64,000 bases of DNA from Bispira polyomma (Eukaryota). The translations under genes were made by a program, and so were the position numbers. Under the pieces are notes generated by a model. The model was not told the DNA's origin, made no database searches, and saw only the letters and a program-made list of their open reading frames with translations. Numbering within the stretch: the first letter of the stretch is position 1; the number at the start of each line of letters is the position of its first letter. The stretch spans positions 33,728,001-33,792,000 of the forward strand of contig OZ287752.1 in assembly GCA_965649765.1 (NCBI GenBank), written 5' to 3'. Below, piece after piece: positions 38,472 to 50,916 of this stretch.

Positions 38472-39817
38472 TGACAATTCCTTTGATAGTGTCCCAAATT
38501 TTTACACTTGAAGCAGCGTACGATGTTCCTATCCGGCCTACCATTCGATCCACTCAAAGCTGGCTGTTGTCGATTAGTATTTGCAGGAACAGATTCAGTA
38601 GTATTTTTAAACTTGACAAAGCGTGACAAAATCTCATCCAGACCTTGCTTCAGCACTGGTGACATCTCTGTATGGACTTGTTGAGTCTTGACAGTTTGAA
38701 CTCAACATTCGGACTCAATTTTCCTTGCCTCAATAATGAGTTGCGGACTACCCGCAAGTACATCAAATTTGTGTCTTAGTGCGTTCTTGATCTGATCCCT
38801 ATAGAGCTTTGTCCAAAACTGGGTGCTTACGATAATATCGTAATTGTTGGGGCTTATCACAGTTGTGTCTTTGCGGGTGATCCTACTCGCGATATCCTCA
38901 AGTCGGGCATACCAATCAGTGACACTCTCCTCCGGTGGCTGTTCAGTGGCATAAAACTGCGCTAGTAACACATGCGGTGGATTAACATCCCCAAACATAA
39001 TTTCATACCGACTCAGAATATCACTGGCCGTAGCATTCTCCCCCATGTGTAGAACAACCTCCTGAGCTTGACCTTTTATTGCCCGCTTTATGGCCATCAG
39101 TATCATCTCCTCTGGAGCACCCTGGTTGATCAAGCATTGTACATCATATCTGAACTGCTCAAAGGAACAATCCTTGGAACAACCAGAAAACGTACTGACC
39201 CTCACATTGTGGGCGGTACTAGGGTAACCGAAGTGAAATGTGTTCTCACCCTGTGGAGCGGGTGTTGAAGTTTGCAACCCTGCGGCTGGTATAGAGGAAT
39301 AAGGAGCGGGTGGAAAGTATAACTTCTCAAACTGTTTCTGCTTCTGACTAGCAGCGATCCCATCATGGCCATCGGCCCCAACCAGGAGTTTACTTCCAGC
39401 TGCACCAGCAGTCTTGGCGTCAAGAGCGGTCTTTAGAAGTTGCTGTTGCTCCATAGACAAACCAGCAATAGCTTCCAGGATTATCCCTAACTGCGAATTA
39501 ATACTACTCCCAATAGCCTTAGTCTCGACCATTGGAGATTGTTTTCGATCCAACATACTCGGCTTCAACTCCTGTAACTCCTCGATCAAGGAAAAGGATG
39601 GCCTAGTCACCTTAACAATGTTCCCAAGAACTGACCGACCATCGACGAAAGAAACAAAAGCTGCGGAGTCCCCATGAGGCACATCACAGACAATTTCATC
39701 TGTGTTGGCACCCAAGTCAAGACTATCCTTCAACTCATTTGGATCGAAGTCTTGCTTCAAATCACTCACATAAGCAATATATGAAAGCGCCATAGCGGAG
39801 CACGCACTGACACTCAA
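38342..39817 (-). pseudogene. gag: Gypsy gag, right unit, nonsense codon at 38702
   Basis: 371-aa ORF plus 107-aa continuation containing the CCHC knuckle; TGA where the left unit has TCA. Confidence 0.92.
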
Positions 39818-41208
39818 TTAAACTTAATGATTTCTACCACTGTTCTAAATCATAGCTTAACGAACAGCTGGCTAACTAGTTTCTCATAAAATGAGAATCT
39901 AAACGAAGGTATAGTATATTTTCTCACAATAAAATAGTACAATAGTCGCAATAAAAAATAACAACTTTCAAGCAATATCACTTCCACATGCCATTCAATC
40001 ACACAAACATAACGCCATGCGCAACCATACACTATCAATATTGTAATAAAAAAATAAAAATATTGTATAACAAAAGTTCAACAATCAAATGTACTGTACC
40101 TACTTACAACTCCTGTGTGCTATATATATTAAGCAGGATACACACGATACTGTCTTAAGGTAATCTACTCAATACTTTCTAGCATTTACAAAAATATAAG
40201 TTTCATAATATTATCTTGCAACCATGCAAAAGATACTGACCAGCAGTTGAACATAAATAATAAAAGAATGCAGTCCAAGTGTAAACTATCACTATACTTC
40301 TACTACAATTGCACCTGCCAAGTTACCAAGAAAAAAAAAATAAAACATTAGGAAATATTCTGACCAAGCCACTTTATCTTCACCACTGGTGATGTACAAC
40401 CAGTTAATTCAACGCGGTATATAAATAAAAGCACTATAAAATCAGTTCTTTCTACATATACTAATATTTCCAAGTAATGCACCACAACACTATATGATCA
40501 AAATATTTCCCAACATGAAATCCAAAACAGTAGCAATAGCAAAATACACATGCAAAAGAAGAACCGAAAAGTAAACAGTTCAATTCAACTTATAACTTCA
40601 GTAGACTTGATTAAATGTTGATTAACTTAAATACTATTGAGTAAACCCACTTGACTGACAATTAGTAAAAATAACATAGACAGAAAGCAATAAAGCAGAC
40701 CACCACAATATAATGGAAGCACAGCAAATTAAAGTGTCAAGCAAAACTATAAGCAGTAATTACGCATGCAGCTTAATATAGTCAATGTGATGAAACAATT
40801 AAATATGAATAAACTAGCAATTACTTAACAACATAACTTATACTACGTTAGCCAGGTTCAGTCACTTGCATTACAGTATTGTCTCCAACAATTCACTACT
40901 TTCAGCTATCTCTCACTTTTCTTGCCTAAAACTGGTATCTATGTGCATACCGGCTACAATTTTACTATGCATGTTCACTTTCGGCAAATGTTCCCTCCTA
41001 CACCGAACAAAGCCCATCACACGAAACTTTCACTTGAATCACTCCATACTCTCCCTGATGATAACTGTGACACCAGTAACGGCGACGAAACACACTATCG
41101 ACCACCAGGTAAGTCGTTTCCCACTTAGTTAAGTAAGCCACTTAACTATCAGTGCAGGTGTTCTTTTGGTTTACATGCAGGATCTCACAATCTCATTAGA
41201 GGCTTCAA

Positions 41209-42180
41209 TGTTGCCGGACCCATCTTCATACCAAGGATATGCGAGGATTCCGGACTTGACGAGATCATGGTAGTAACCAAAGAATGAAAAGAGTCTCTTA
41301 ACTAAAACTGTTTATTGGCAAATCTCACCAGGTAGTACAGCAGTAACACCACGCAGCAATACGGCTAAAGGCGCCGACTCAGAACATCACCAAAACAAAA
41401 CACCTAAAATAATTTAACCTCATTAAGGATATGCACAAATATAAATAAATACTAAATTAATAATTTACATAATTACTTCTAACCACTATATCACTACTAG
41501 CAATACCAAAAGAAATTGAACAACCCAAATAGATACCAACATGACCGCAATTGCCTTTTAACAGTATTAAACCAAAAATATAAATTATCATTGCAATACT
41601 ACCCGTATAACTTTACCATTATTAAGAACTACATAAAACTATATACAACTATATACAAGACAACTACAAACTAACCAACAATACTGTTCCATTCAGAATG
41701 ACTAGATTATCACAATTAAGTTAATATAGCACCATAAACTAACTCAAATGCACCAATACAAAAATATAGATTAAACTATTTTTATCACAGATCATGTATA
41801 ATATAGTGTGCAATAACAAAACATTCTTGACTTCATTAATAAACTTAATAGTAAAAGTACTGATATAACTAAAAAAAGATAATTTCCAGAATTTACTGAA
41901 CACAGTCATTACAGAACACATAACAGAACCTATCTAATCATTCCACTCAAACTCACCTGCACTCAAAACATCAATAAATAAAGATGCCACGACAGATTAC
42001 AGCTTACAACATCATAAAACAACAACACAAAGGCAGTTAATTACATTTCTAGTAAAACCGGTCCATTTTCATCAAAACAGGATATGGAAGTGCGCCGATT
42101 TGCCGCGAATCTAACCGTTCAATTAAAAAGACAATAAAAATAGCTGCCGATATAAAATCGTCGGCGCTAGCACGGGCACA
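41209..42180 (-). repeat. 5' LTR (972 bp)
   Basis: TGTTGCCGG...GGGCACA followed by the TSD TAAA. Confidence 0.95.
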
Positions 42181-42295
42181 TAAAAATAACCAAAAAAGAA
42201 GAAAAATGCCACAAACAACAGAGAAATTACTTGGCTCTGCTGTAAACTTATGAGGTTTGTTACTGCTGGGATTCAATCCTGGTTTGTTACGGATC

Positions 42296-45200
42296 TTTTA
42301 TTATTATGAATTTTTAACGCACTTTATTGATGTTAGGCATCTTCTAAAGCGCAACAGCCGAATCAATGGTCCAATCATTAAGACCATGGACATTGCAAAG
42401 TTGTAAGGAAGGAAGTGGGAGGGTGCACAAGGAAAGATAAGGTGAGTAGGCTAGGTTAAAATGATAGGTTTCAGCTTTTTCCTCAAACCAATAAGTGTGT
42501 CAACTGATCTGAGGTAGACTGGGAGACTGTTCCATAACAGTGGAGCTGCAGTGAAGAACGCTATGGATCCCGCTTTCCTTATTGGTCTGACTGAAGAGAC
42601 AGAGAGTCTGTTGCCTCTCTTGCAGTTACTGAAGGTGAGAAGGGAGGCAAGGTAGGGGGGGGCTGTTGAGTGACTACAGCCTTAAAAGTAGTAATGTGAA
42701 TCTTGAACAAAATACGAGAATGAATGGGCAGCCAGTGCAATTTTTTGAGGTAAGGAGTGACGTCTGTGTGATAATAACCCAGGCAAAAAATGACCCTACA
42801 TAGGTAGTTTTGGGTGGACTGGAGCTTTTTATTGTGTGACTTGTTTGCTCCGTACAAAAGAGAGTTGCAGTAGTCGAGGCGGCTACTCACAAGGGCATTT
42901 GCCAAGTTATCGCTGTGTCCATGGACATGTGGTTTCTGATTATTTTGATGTCGCATACATGGTAATAGCAGGACTGACAGATGTTGGCAATATGATTGTC
43001 GAACGAAAAAGCTGAATCAAAAGTGACACCCAGGTTTTTTTGTCTTTTCACAGCAGGGAGATGGGAAACAAAGATTTTAGGAGTTCACTGTTTTTCTTGT
43101 TTCCTATGAGGATGAATTCTGTTTTATCAGGTTTAAGTTTTAGTTTGGAGTAGTTCATCAACGACTGGACATCAGACAGACAGCCGGCAAGTAGGCCTAT
43201 GTTTGTATTTGCATTTTGTGGATTGAGAGAGAGATAGACTTGAGTATCACCTGCATACATGTGGTGTTTTATATTATGTTTATTGATGACAGTGCTGAGA
43301 GGATGTGTATAAATGGTAAAAAAGTAGAGGGCCAAGGACGGATCCCTGGGATACTCTGTATAGTAGCTTTATGGAAGATGATAGGTGATCATCTAATTAA
43401 TTCTTTGTGCCATCAGAGTAAGGTAGGATCGGATCCATTTAAGGACACTGCCATTTATACCAAACCACTGCTTGAGAGTGTCGTTGAGCAGGACATGAGC
43501 AATGGTGTTGAATGCAGCTGAGAGATCCAGAAGGGTGAGGGCCACTGTGTCATTGCAGTCCAGTGCAAGATTGATATCATTGCTGATGGAAAAAAGGGCA
43601 CTTTCTGTAGACTGGAATTTTCTGTGAGCAGACTGGTGGCGATTTTTAATGTTTTGTCTATTAAGGTGGTCAGAATTTTGTTCAGCGACAGCTTTCTCGA
43701 TGACTTTTGAGACAAAGCTGAGGTTTGACACCGGTCTGTAGTTTTTGAGCTGGTTTTTATCAAGCCCTTGTTTTTTAACCAAGGGAGTTACATTTGCCGT
43801 CTTGAAACAAGTGGGAAGAACACCATTCCGAAGAGAAAAATTTAAAATGTTTGTTATGGGTGTAACTAGAATGTCAAGACATAATAGTAGAAGATTTTTT
43901 AGGTTTCAGAGCTTCCTGCTCTGACAGTGTACTGAAATGAAACAGGTTAGAAACCTTATATCCTGGGGCTGGAGGACTGAAGTTATATATCATTGGAAAG
44001 CCGTCACAAATGCTGCTGATTTTTTTCAAATTCTTCGGTTAAGAAAGTAAGGCAGTGGTTTATGTGGAGAACTTTCCCCGATAACCTTTTGAGATTATAG
44101 TGATTTTCACTGATGATAGAGTCGTAATGTTGCTTTTTGGCATCAGATATTAGCCTGTTGTAATTATTTGTGGCCATACGGTAACGGCTTCTGTCAAAGA
44201 AGGATTTAGTATGACACCATTGACGCTTAAGTTGGCGTTTGCTTTTTTTTTGCCTCTGTAATGGCGGCGTTGGTCCATTCATGGGGTTTGTCGGGGGTAG
44301 GTTTTAAGATACCCAAGGAGCATATTTATCCAGGATGGTAGAAAGGCAGTGATTGTATTGTAAGCTAAGGCTTTCAGCATTTTTGCATGGATGTTTAATG
44401 AGATTTGATTCCAGGATGTTGTCTCTAAATTTGTTCATATTGATTTTTCTGATGTTTCTGTATTTTATCACACATGGTTTTTGTGAGGCAGGTATTGGTA
44501 AATTTAAATAGGTGATCCGAAATCCCATCAGTTACCAATGATTCTCTGATGAGATTTGAATTATCAGATCGAGTATGTGATTGTGGATGTGGGTTGAAGT
44601 GGAGAAAAACTGTGAGAACCCAAAAGTGTTAAGGAGGTTGTTGAAATCTTTTGTTGCAGTATTTTTTATGTCTACCTTGATGTTGAAATCACCAAGGATG
44701 ACAGCTTCATAGGGGAGAAGGTTTAGGGTCTCAAGGAATTCAGAAAAGAAGAAGTAAGAGAAGAAAAGAAGACTGATTTTTCTTAAATTTCACAGGAAAA
44801 AGCATTTTTCACAAAGATGCCTACTCCTCCTCCGCGTTTGTGCAACCTAGGAGACTAAAAGAATTTATAACCCGGAAGAGTTATATCACTCACAAAAGAT
44901 GTTGTATCCCTACTGCTGAGCCCCATCTCGGAGACGGCAGCAATATCCATGTCCTGGGCTATGACTAAGTCCATAGCTGCAGGCGCCTTATTCCGCAAGA
45001 TGCTGGTGGGCCTGGATTTACGCTGACGTCCCCGCAGAGTGTGGTAAGCAGAAGGATCCAAACACTATTAACCCCAGGGTTAGGACAGCGGGTAATGTGA
45101 ATTTGAAAGGCTAAAAATGAAGTGTTCACCTTATCCAGGAAGGCTAGGAGAGATGGACCAAGTGCAAATTGGTCGAAAAATGGTGTATTTGAAGGCGAGC

Positions 45201-45420
45201 ACTTATGTATTCTGCCAAGGTTAAACAACCAGGTGAGGAATACTAAAAAGACCCATAAAATCAGACAAAATAACAATAGGATAAAACAAGCAGTAGTTTA
45301 TGAAAAGGTGTGATGTTTTTAAACCATAAATCGACAAAAAATGAGACGACAATTTTAAATGTACTTAACTGGTGCACGCTAAACCCAAAAAGATCTTGAG
45401 AAACCTGAGTGTTTAATGCG
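42296..45420 (-). mobile_element. Near 5'-complete decayed L2-clade LINE with a hydrophobic leader, 2A-like motif, APE and RT
   Basis: LCGDVSVNPGP, then RNK..AVSE..PGYKF and ILGDFNI (APE); LDKYAP; KNYRPVSNLSFVSKVIEK; LLDLSAAF; HMYAGDTQVY; NALVSSRLDYCNSLL; LKKLHWLPI; 3' tail ending in (TAA)n. Confidence 0.92.
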
Positions 45421-45509
45421 CTGCTATACATAGATGATTAATTTAGGAATGTTTTGTTTTATTCATCCGATTCATTTTGTTTACCCCTTGTGATTCCCCC
45501 ATGATCCCC

Positions 45510-45700
45510 CATGGTCTATTGGTTAGGGTGTTGGTCTGATCATCAGAAGGTCCCCGGTTGTATTCCCGGTACCAACCGTTAATTTCATTTAGTGGGATAA
45601 CAGCAAAATTGCGGTTGTCTGTCACTGAATACTATCTCTAGTGGCAGATTAAAGATCCTTGGGGACATTAATAAATGGTCATCCTCAAGCAAGCCTCGGT
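45510..45700 (+). mobile_element. tRNA-SINE with a Meta-like TAAAGATCC core (partial)
   Basis: TGGTCTATTGGTTAGGGTGTTGGTCTGATCATCAGAAGGTCCCCGGTT head; GTGGCAGATTAAAGATCCTTGGGGA; homologous to the minus-strand copy at 48263-48612. Confidence 0.65.
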
Positions 45701-45799
45701 GCACATAGTGGATGCCCATGATGAAGCTCGTGTGAAACGACCCAGTGTTGTATAAGTGCAATATAACAAATGTCATATTTCAGTTCATTTTCATTTCAT

Positions 45800-46145
45800 A
45801 TATGCCTGTAGCTGAAAAGCAGATCAGAAAATTCTGACCAAATAATACCCCTGTTCTGGTTTCTTCTACCAGTGAACTGTCAATCAGGATATGACACAAA
45901 ATGGGTTGAAAGCTGTGTTAAGTTCTAGTTAACTTAACTTGTGCAATTTTCACAACATGTTCTGTTTAGGTCATAAAGGTTTGGCATAGTCATTAGTTAT
46001 TAACTGAAAACTTTCGTGTAAAGACTGTTGTTCACTGATGCATATATCTGATAGTATATCTTAACGAGTGTCTGCAAAGTTGTATCAAATATGTTACATG
46101 TCACATATGTAGATGTTACGTTTTCTTTACCATAAAGTATCGCCG
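45800..46145 (+). pseudogene. Relic of a further type-B C1qDC paralog (end of intron 1 and start of exon 2), truncated
   Basis: Colinear similarity to 19420-19755, including the embedded SINE, TTAGTTAT..AACTGAA, TGTTGTTCACTGA.GCATATA, GTCACATA and TTTC.TTA..AAGTATC.CCG; the acceptor AG is lost. Confidence 0.6.
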
Positions 46146-47720
46146 AGTATAATCTGATTACAATTACAATTGGACGTCCGTAGGATACAGGTGAGTTGTG
46201 TTATTAGTACCTCCCCCCACACACACACTTAATTTGACCTTGACATGCACTTTATTTGACCTTTCATTAGCACTTGCCATAATACTATGTCACACTGCTT
46301 ACCTAGTGTCGGAGTCCATCATAGGCTAATGGTTACACTTACATGTAAATATATATTCCTCCCAACCTTAATATGTACAGAATATAAAATATCCAAAACC
46401 GTCCTATCAACAAAGGTCACATCACCATGGTCATATGATACTTAAGGGACTGATATATATTGACTAAAATTTCTGTTTTACTTCTAACTGCTAGTATTTC
46501 TATGTCTGTGCTGGAGAAATGTACATCATGTGTTTATTATGGACAACATGATGTAGAATAAGATTAATAGCCGGTGTGCCCTCCTGTAAGATCAGCTGTG
46601 GGATTTCCAAAGTCACTTCATGACACTTCATGGTCTGATTTCTTGTCTTGGTTATTTTTTTGATCAAAACTAGGGGATTCCAACAAAGCAATTAAATTTA
46701 CCATTATCGTAAAAATGTATTTGATAACTTGCATGCTTGTAACGATTCTGTCAAATTTTGCTTGTGGATTATATTTAACATTGAAAACAATATTCTTACA
46801 AAAGAAAAGATGATTTGTACAGTTCCACCGGATGTGAATTTTGGGAAAGATCAGGTAAGAAGGTCAAGTGATAAGAGAGGTAGGTGAAGGTGAAATAAAC
46901 TAGGGTTTCCGGTATAGAATTTTAGAATGTTGTATATTTGTATAGACGTTAAAATAAAAGTTTAAAATTGACACAGAAGAAATTTTTAAATGCCCACCAT
47001 TCTATAGATAAACACCAAGTGGCACTACATTATGTAAACTTAATGGTATAAGTGCTGCAAGGTGTTTATCTATTATAAACAGCAACCCAACTCAATCAAC
47101 ATTTTTGAATTAAGTCTTATATCAATTAAATTATAAATGCTTCTTTAAATATTTACTTTTTAAATGGTAGAAAAACGCTACCACTACATCATTTTGAATG
47201 CTACATTATTAATAAATAATGTTGTGACAGACAAATGGCAATGCATACCGCTTGGGTTTTATGTAGTAATACACAGTTTTAGGGACTAGCCAAATGCAAA
47301 AGGTCTAGCCAATATAAATATAAAATTCCTTTATGTTGACTGGTGTAATGCTATTGTCAATATGAAAGAACCAAAATGCAAGTCTATTGTGCTGTGGGGT
47401 ATTCTATCTTTGGCTAGCAGGGGCAGATGAACAGAATTAATTAATGGTTAATGCTGCCACTAAAGATTTAGGTAAGCTACAATTTAAGTCTGGGGGAAAT
47501 GAATCATGAGGCCCCTTTATTGTTGTGTTGTCTACAGTTCTACTAGATGTGAAATTAAATTGTGAAAGGTCAGGTAAGAAGGTCAAGTGATAAGAGATAT
47601 GAGTGAAGGTGAAGTTCATTAGGGTTCAAGGTATTTTTTCATGTTATAATGTTGTATATTTACGTACAGCTTAACAGAGCAGTTTAAGAGTCAAAAAACA
47701 TAAACTATTTTAAATAAAGG

Positions 47721-48235
47721 CTCTATGGGGTGGACCTGCTTAAGGTAGGGCCCCTATGTATAAACATGTCAAACCTTAACGTCACAGATTCCCTAAAACT
47801 GCATTATCGTCGAGGAGCCGAGACCTACTTAAAACCACTTTAGTTTGACTTCCTGTTACTATTACTAAGTAGGCCTTTAGCCAAAAATGGTCCACATAGG
47901 CTGTTTTTAATGCTAAATCAAATAGAACATTCACCTGGTGGCAGATATTCAAACCAAAACTGTCCTAAAATATTCCCCCAGGCTAAAAAATTAGAAATAA
48001 TCATAAAAACTTTCCCGTTAACACGTGTGGGGGGTCTATGGGGTGGACCCCCTTAAGGTAGGGCCCCTGTATATAAACAAAATCAAATCTCAACATCACG
48101 TGATCTTTATTGACAGTGGTCTTTTGATACAGGGTAAATATTATTTACATTAGTATTGGTGGGAAATGAAACTGTAGTCTGTATGCACAGGGGGTCTGTC
48201 TAGATAGAGTTGGCCTCTCTGGCAGGTTTGACTGT
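47721..48235. repeat. ~313-bp spaced direct repeat followed by a Tc1/mariner-type MITE end
   Basis: TCTATGGGGTGGACC..CTTAAGGTAGGGCCCCT occurs at ~47722 and ~48035; the region ends CAGGTTTGACTG|TA (reverse complement TA|CAGTCAAACC). Confidence 0.5.
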
Positions 48236-48262
48236 ATATGTTATGTGAAGGTAAGCTATTCG

Positions 48263-48612
48263 TTGTAACTGTAATCAGATTTTTGTACTTGTAAATCAGA
48301 TTTATACTCAGCGCATGTATCTACCTTTACCTGGTATTCAGAGTGCTAATTAACCCTTTCCTGACTGCAACAGTCAACTGTGTCAGCTACTGCCATTCCC
48401 CTAACTGAAGAGAGAGGCTTGAGGGTGACTTTTTATCAACATCCCCAAGGATCTTTAGTCTGCCACTGGGGATATAGGACCCAGTGACAGAGGACTTCCA
48501 TTTTAAGTGGTCATCCGAGCCACTAGGCAAACGTGTGTACACATCTTGCCGAAGGATGATGGAACCCAGGACCTTCTGATCATCAGACCAACTCCCTAAC
48601 TACTAGGCCAAT
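48263..48612 (-). mobile_element. tRNA-SINE (Meta-like core) with an ATTACA-type tail
   Basis: Reverse strand reads TGGCCTAGTAGTTAGGGAGTTGGTCTGATGATCAGAAGGTCCTGGGTTC...GTGGCAGACTAAAGATCCTTGGGGA...CGCTGAGTATAAATCTGATTTACAA; the same tail occurs alone at 46141-46170. Confidence 0.7.
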
Positions 48613-49919
48613 TTATCAATGTTTTCTGCACTGCAAAACCACCAGCCTTCAGCAAGTCTACTGCCAAGATTCGAAACACACAACTACAGATGCGTGAGGC
48701 AAGTTTGTAACCACTACACCACCAAGGTTCCCTACTGTCATAAGAAGGTGCATGCAAACCAAAAATAGTTTTATTATCTTAAATTTGCAATCAAACATTG
48801 TACAAACGATCGCTCTCAAAGAATGATCACTGGTGAGTTGTGACCAACGTGAAAACCTTCGTTGCATACAATATCTACCCATGAGTTCCAACCAAGTACA
48901 CTGCATTATGAAATGGCCAGCAACCATAATTTGATTCGGAGAGTATTCCAGTCTACAACCAATGCAAAGTTACTGCTAGCGATTGAAACCATGTCAATGA
49001 GCAGGCAAAACAAAAAAGGTAACAAACATGGAGGGATTTTGTTAAATATTTTCAACAGTTCACACACAGATAAAATTATATATAATCACATATAATTATG
49101 GATTAAATACCCAGTGAATAATTCAAAACTGTGAAGATGGTACCTTTGTTTCAATGTCTGTTGGTGGGATTTGATTTTTTATTTATGCTGCCATTTTATC
49201 ATATTGGACAGTTCCAATAATATTTACTTTAAAGCATTTTTTATAATGCAAATGGATGTTGTCATTTAAAATTTATACAATATCGCTCACTTTGGTGACA
49301 ACAGTGTAGGTTCCATGGCGGTTTCATAAGAAAACAACCATTTTTATTTCCCAATTACTTGTCAAAACCTCTCAATGTTTGTACTTTTTGGTTTTGCTTG
49401 CTTTTTTTGGTATATTGTTATGTTTATGGTTGTTGGGTTGGTTTTACAAAAATTCAAAATGGCTTTAAAAACACTGAATGTGGTTTCGATTCTTGCCTGA
49501 ACCAGCATTCTCTGTCACTGAAACAGCCGTGTTTTTATTTATGTACAGCTGTTAGCTACAGGGCAGTTACCATTATCAAAACTCCGCAATCTGACATGGC
49601 AATTTCTTATGTTCTGCTTAAAAATATTCAACAGTCGTCAGCATTGTATATTCTGCACTTGTGCAAAAATTTAAAAAATTAAATGTTATAATTGGGACCA
49701 CCCTGGAATTTTTTCTGGGGTGGAAGGGGTGTAAATCTGTCATTTATAGCTGATGAGTTACCTTGCTGTAATAACTAATAATGTTCTAGTTGTAAAAGCT
49801 GCATTTGTAAAAATCACTGCACTATTATATTCCTACCACTAATGTATGTGTAAGAGCTGCATCTTCTACTGATGTAGAATGTTATAGAATATAGCCGCCT
49901 TCTTAGAATATCAGGTTGT

Positions 49920-49952
<33 letters not shown>

Positions 49953-50259
49953 TATACAGTACTCACAAGAGTTAATTATATATTTCTTCCTGTGTAATGT
50001 AAGTGTCAAAATAAAAAAAAAATAGTTTTAATATTTTATAAAAGCTTATAGTAAAATTTCTAGGGTTTGTCTTACAGTTGATAGAATTAAAATCCATGAC
50101 AAAATAATATTTTATATATGTCATTAACCTTCAGTGGTGACGAGTTTGTCATTGTAAAATAAGTTTCGCATTGGTAAGACTGGTGTATAATTAGGTATGT
50201 TGGTGCCGAGTTGGTCTTTAGTGAAGACTTAACCATGTGTCATTTATTTTGTGCTATAG

Positions 50260-50916
50260 AGATTTTTCCACTAACTGATACAACATCAGCGAGTATAGAG
50301 ACAACCACAGAGCCACTCACAACAGTTGAAGAAACAACAACAACATTACAGGTCACCACGACAACCATCCAAGAAACGACAACAGAACAAACTACAAGTG
50401 TCTCGGAGACAACAACCGTGCCAGAAACACAGCAGGAAACAACAACGACAACAACAGTGCAGGAAACGACAAGTATTCCAGAAAGTGCACAACAAACAAC
50501 AACAATAGAACAACATAAAACAAGCACTATAACCACATCATACACCATACCAATCCGTACTGTAAAGCAACACCGGTCAAAAAACATCGGCCAAGGTATA
50601 TGTGAAGAGGCCAGATCTGCCATCGGACAAAATCAACCCCGATAAGCAACCTTTTGCTATCTTCATGGGATCTACAGCCATTACATTGCTGGTATTTTTT
50701 ATCCTCGCCATCATCATCATTGACTTGAGTTCTTTTGTCAGAGATTTCAAACAGATGAGGAAGAATGTCAAGAGTTTTCTGAGGCACCACAAGTTGTGTG
50801 TGTTTGGCAAGAAATATGTAGTGTCCCCTTCTAAGTTCTGGGACATGAGTTTTCTGAGGTACCACAAGTTGTGTGACTTTGGAAAGAAATATGAAGTATC
50901 ACCTTCTGAATTCTGA
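50260..50916 (+). pseudogene. Terminal exon of a mucin-like Thr/Glu-rich type-I membrane protein, frameshifted between stalk and TM
   Basis: Phase-1 acceptor TTTTGTGCTATAG|; ~95-aa ETTT-rich stalk in the frame of ORF 50211; the +1 frame gives PDKQPFAIFMGSTAITLLVFFILAIIIIDLSSFVRDFKQMRKNVKSF (TM followed by a basic stop-transfer segment). Confidence 0.7.

Larger units (their letters stand above)
24504..42180 (-). mobile_element. Ty3/Gypsy LTR retrotransposon (PNMA-like Gag) in a tandem 3-LTR configuration: two internal regions share one central LTR
   Basis: Three 972-bp TG...CA direct repeats; two highly similar gag-PR-RT-RH-IN regions; single 4-bp TSD TAAA (24500-24503 and 42181-42184); PBS and PPT present at the expected LTR junctions. 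Confidence 0.97.

Noticed and set aside
46141-48313. Inverted repeat (46141-46170 vs 48263-48313) as TIRs of a 2.2-kb DNA transposon
   Set aside because: The right-hand copy is the 3' tail of a SINE that continues outward to 48612, so the match is explained by two SINE tails
50240-50623. Val/Cys-rich 127-aa minus-strand ORF
   Set aside because: Antisense reading of the ACA-rich Thr codons
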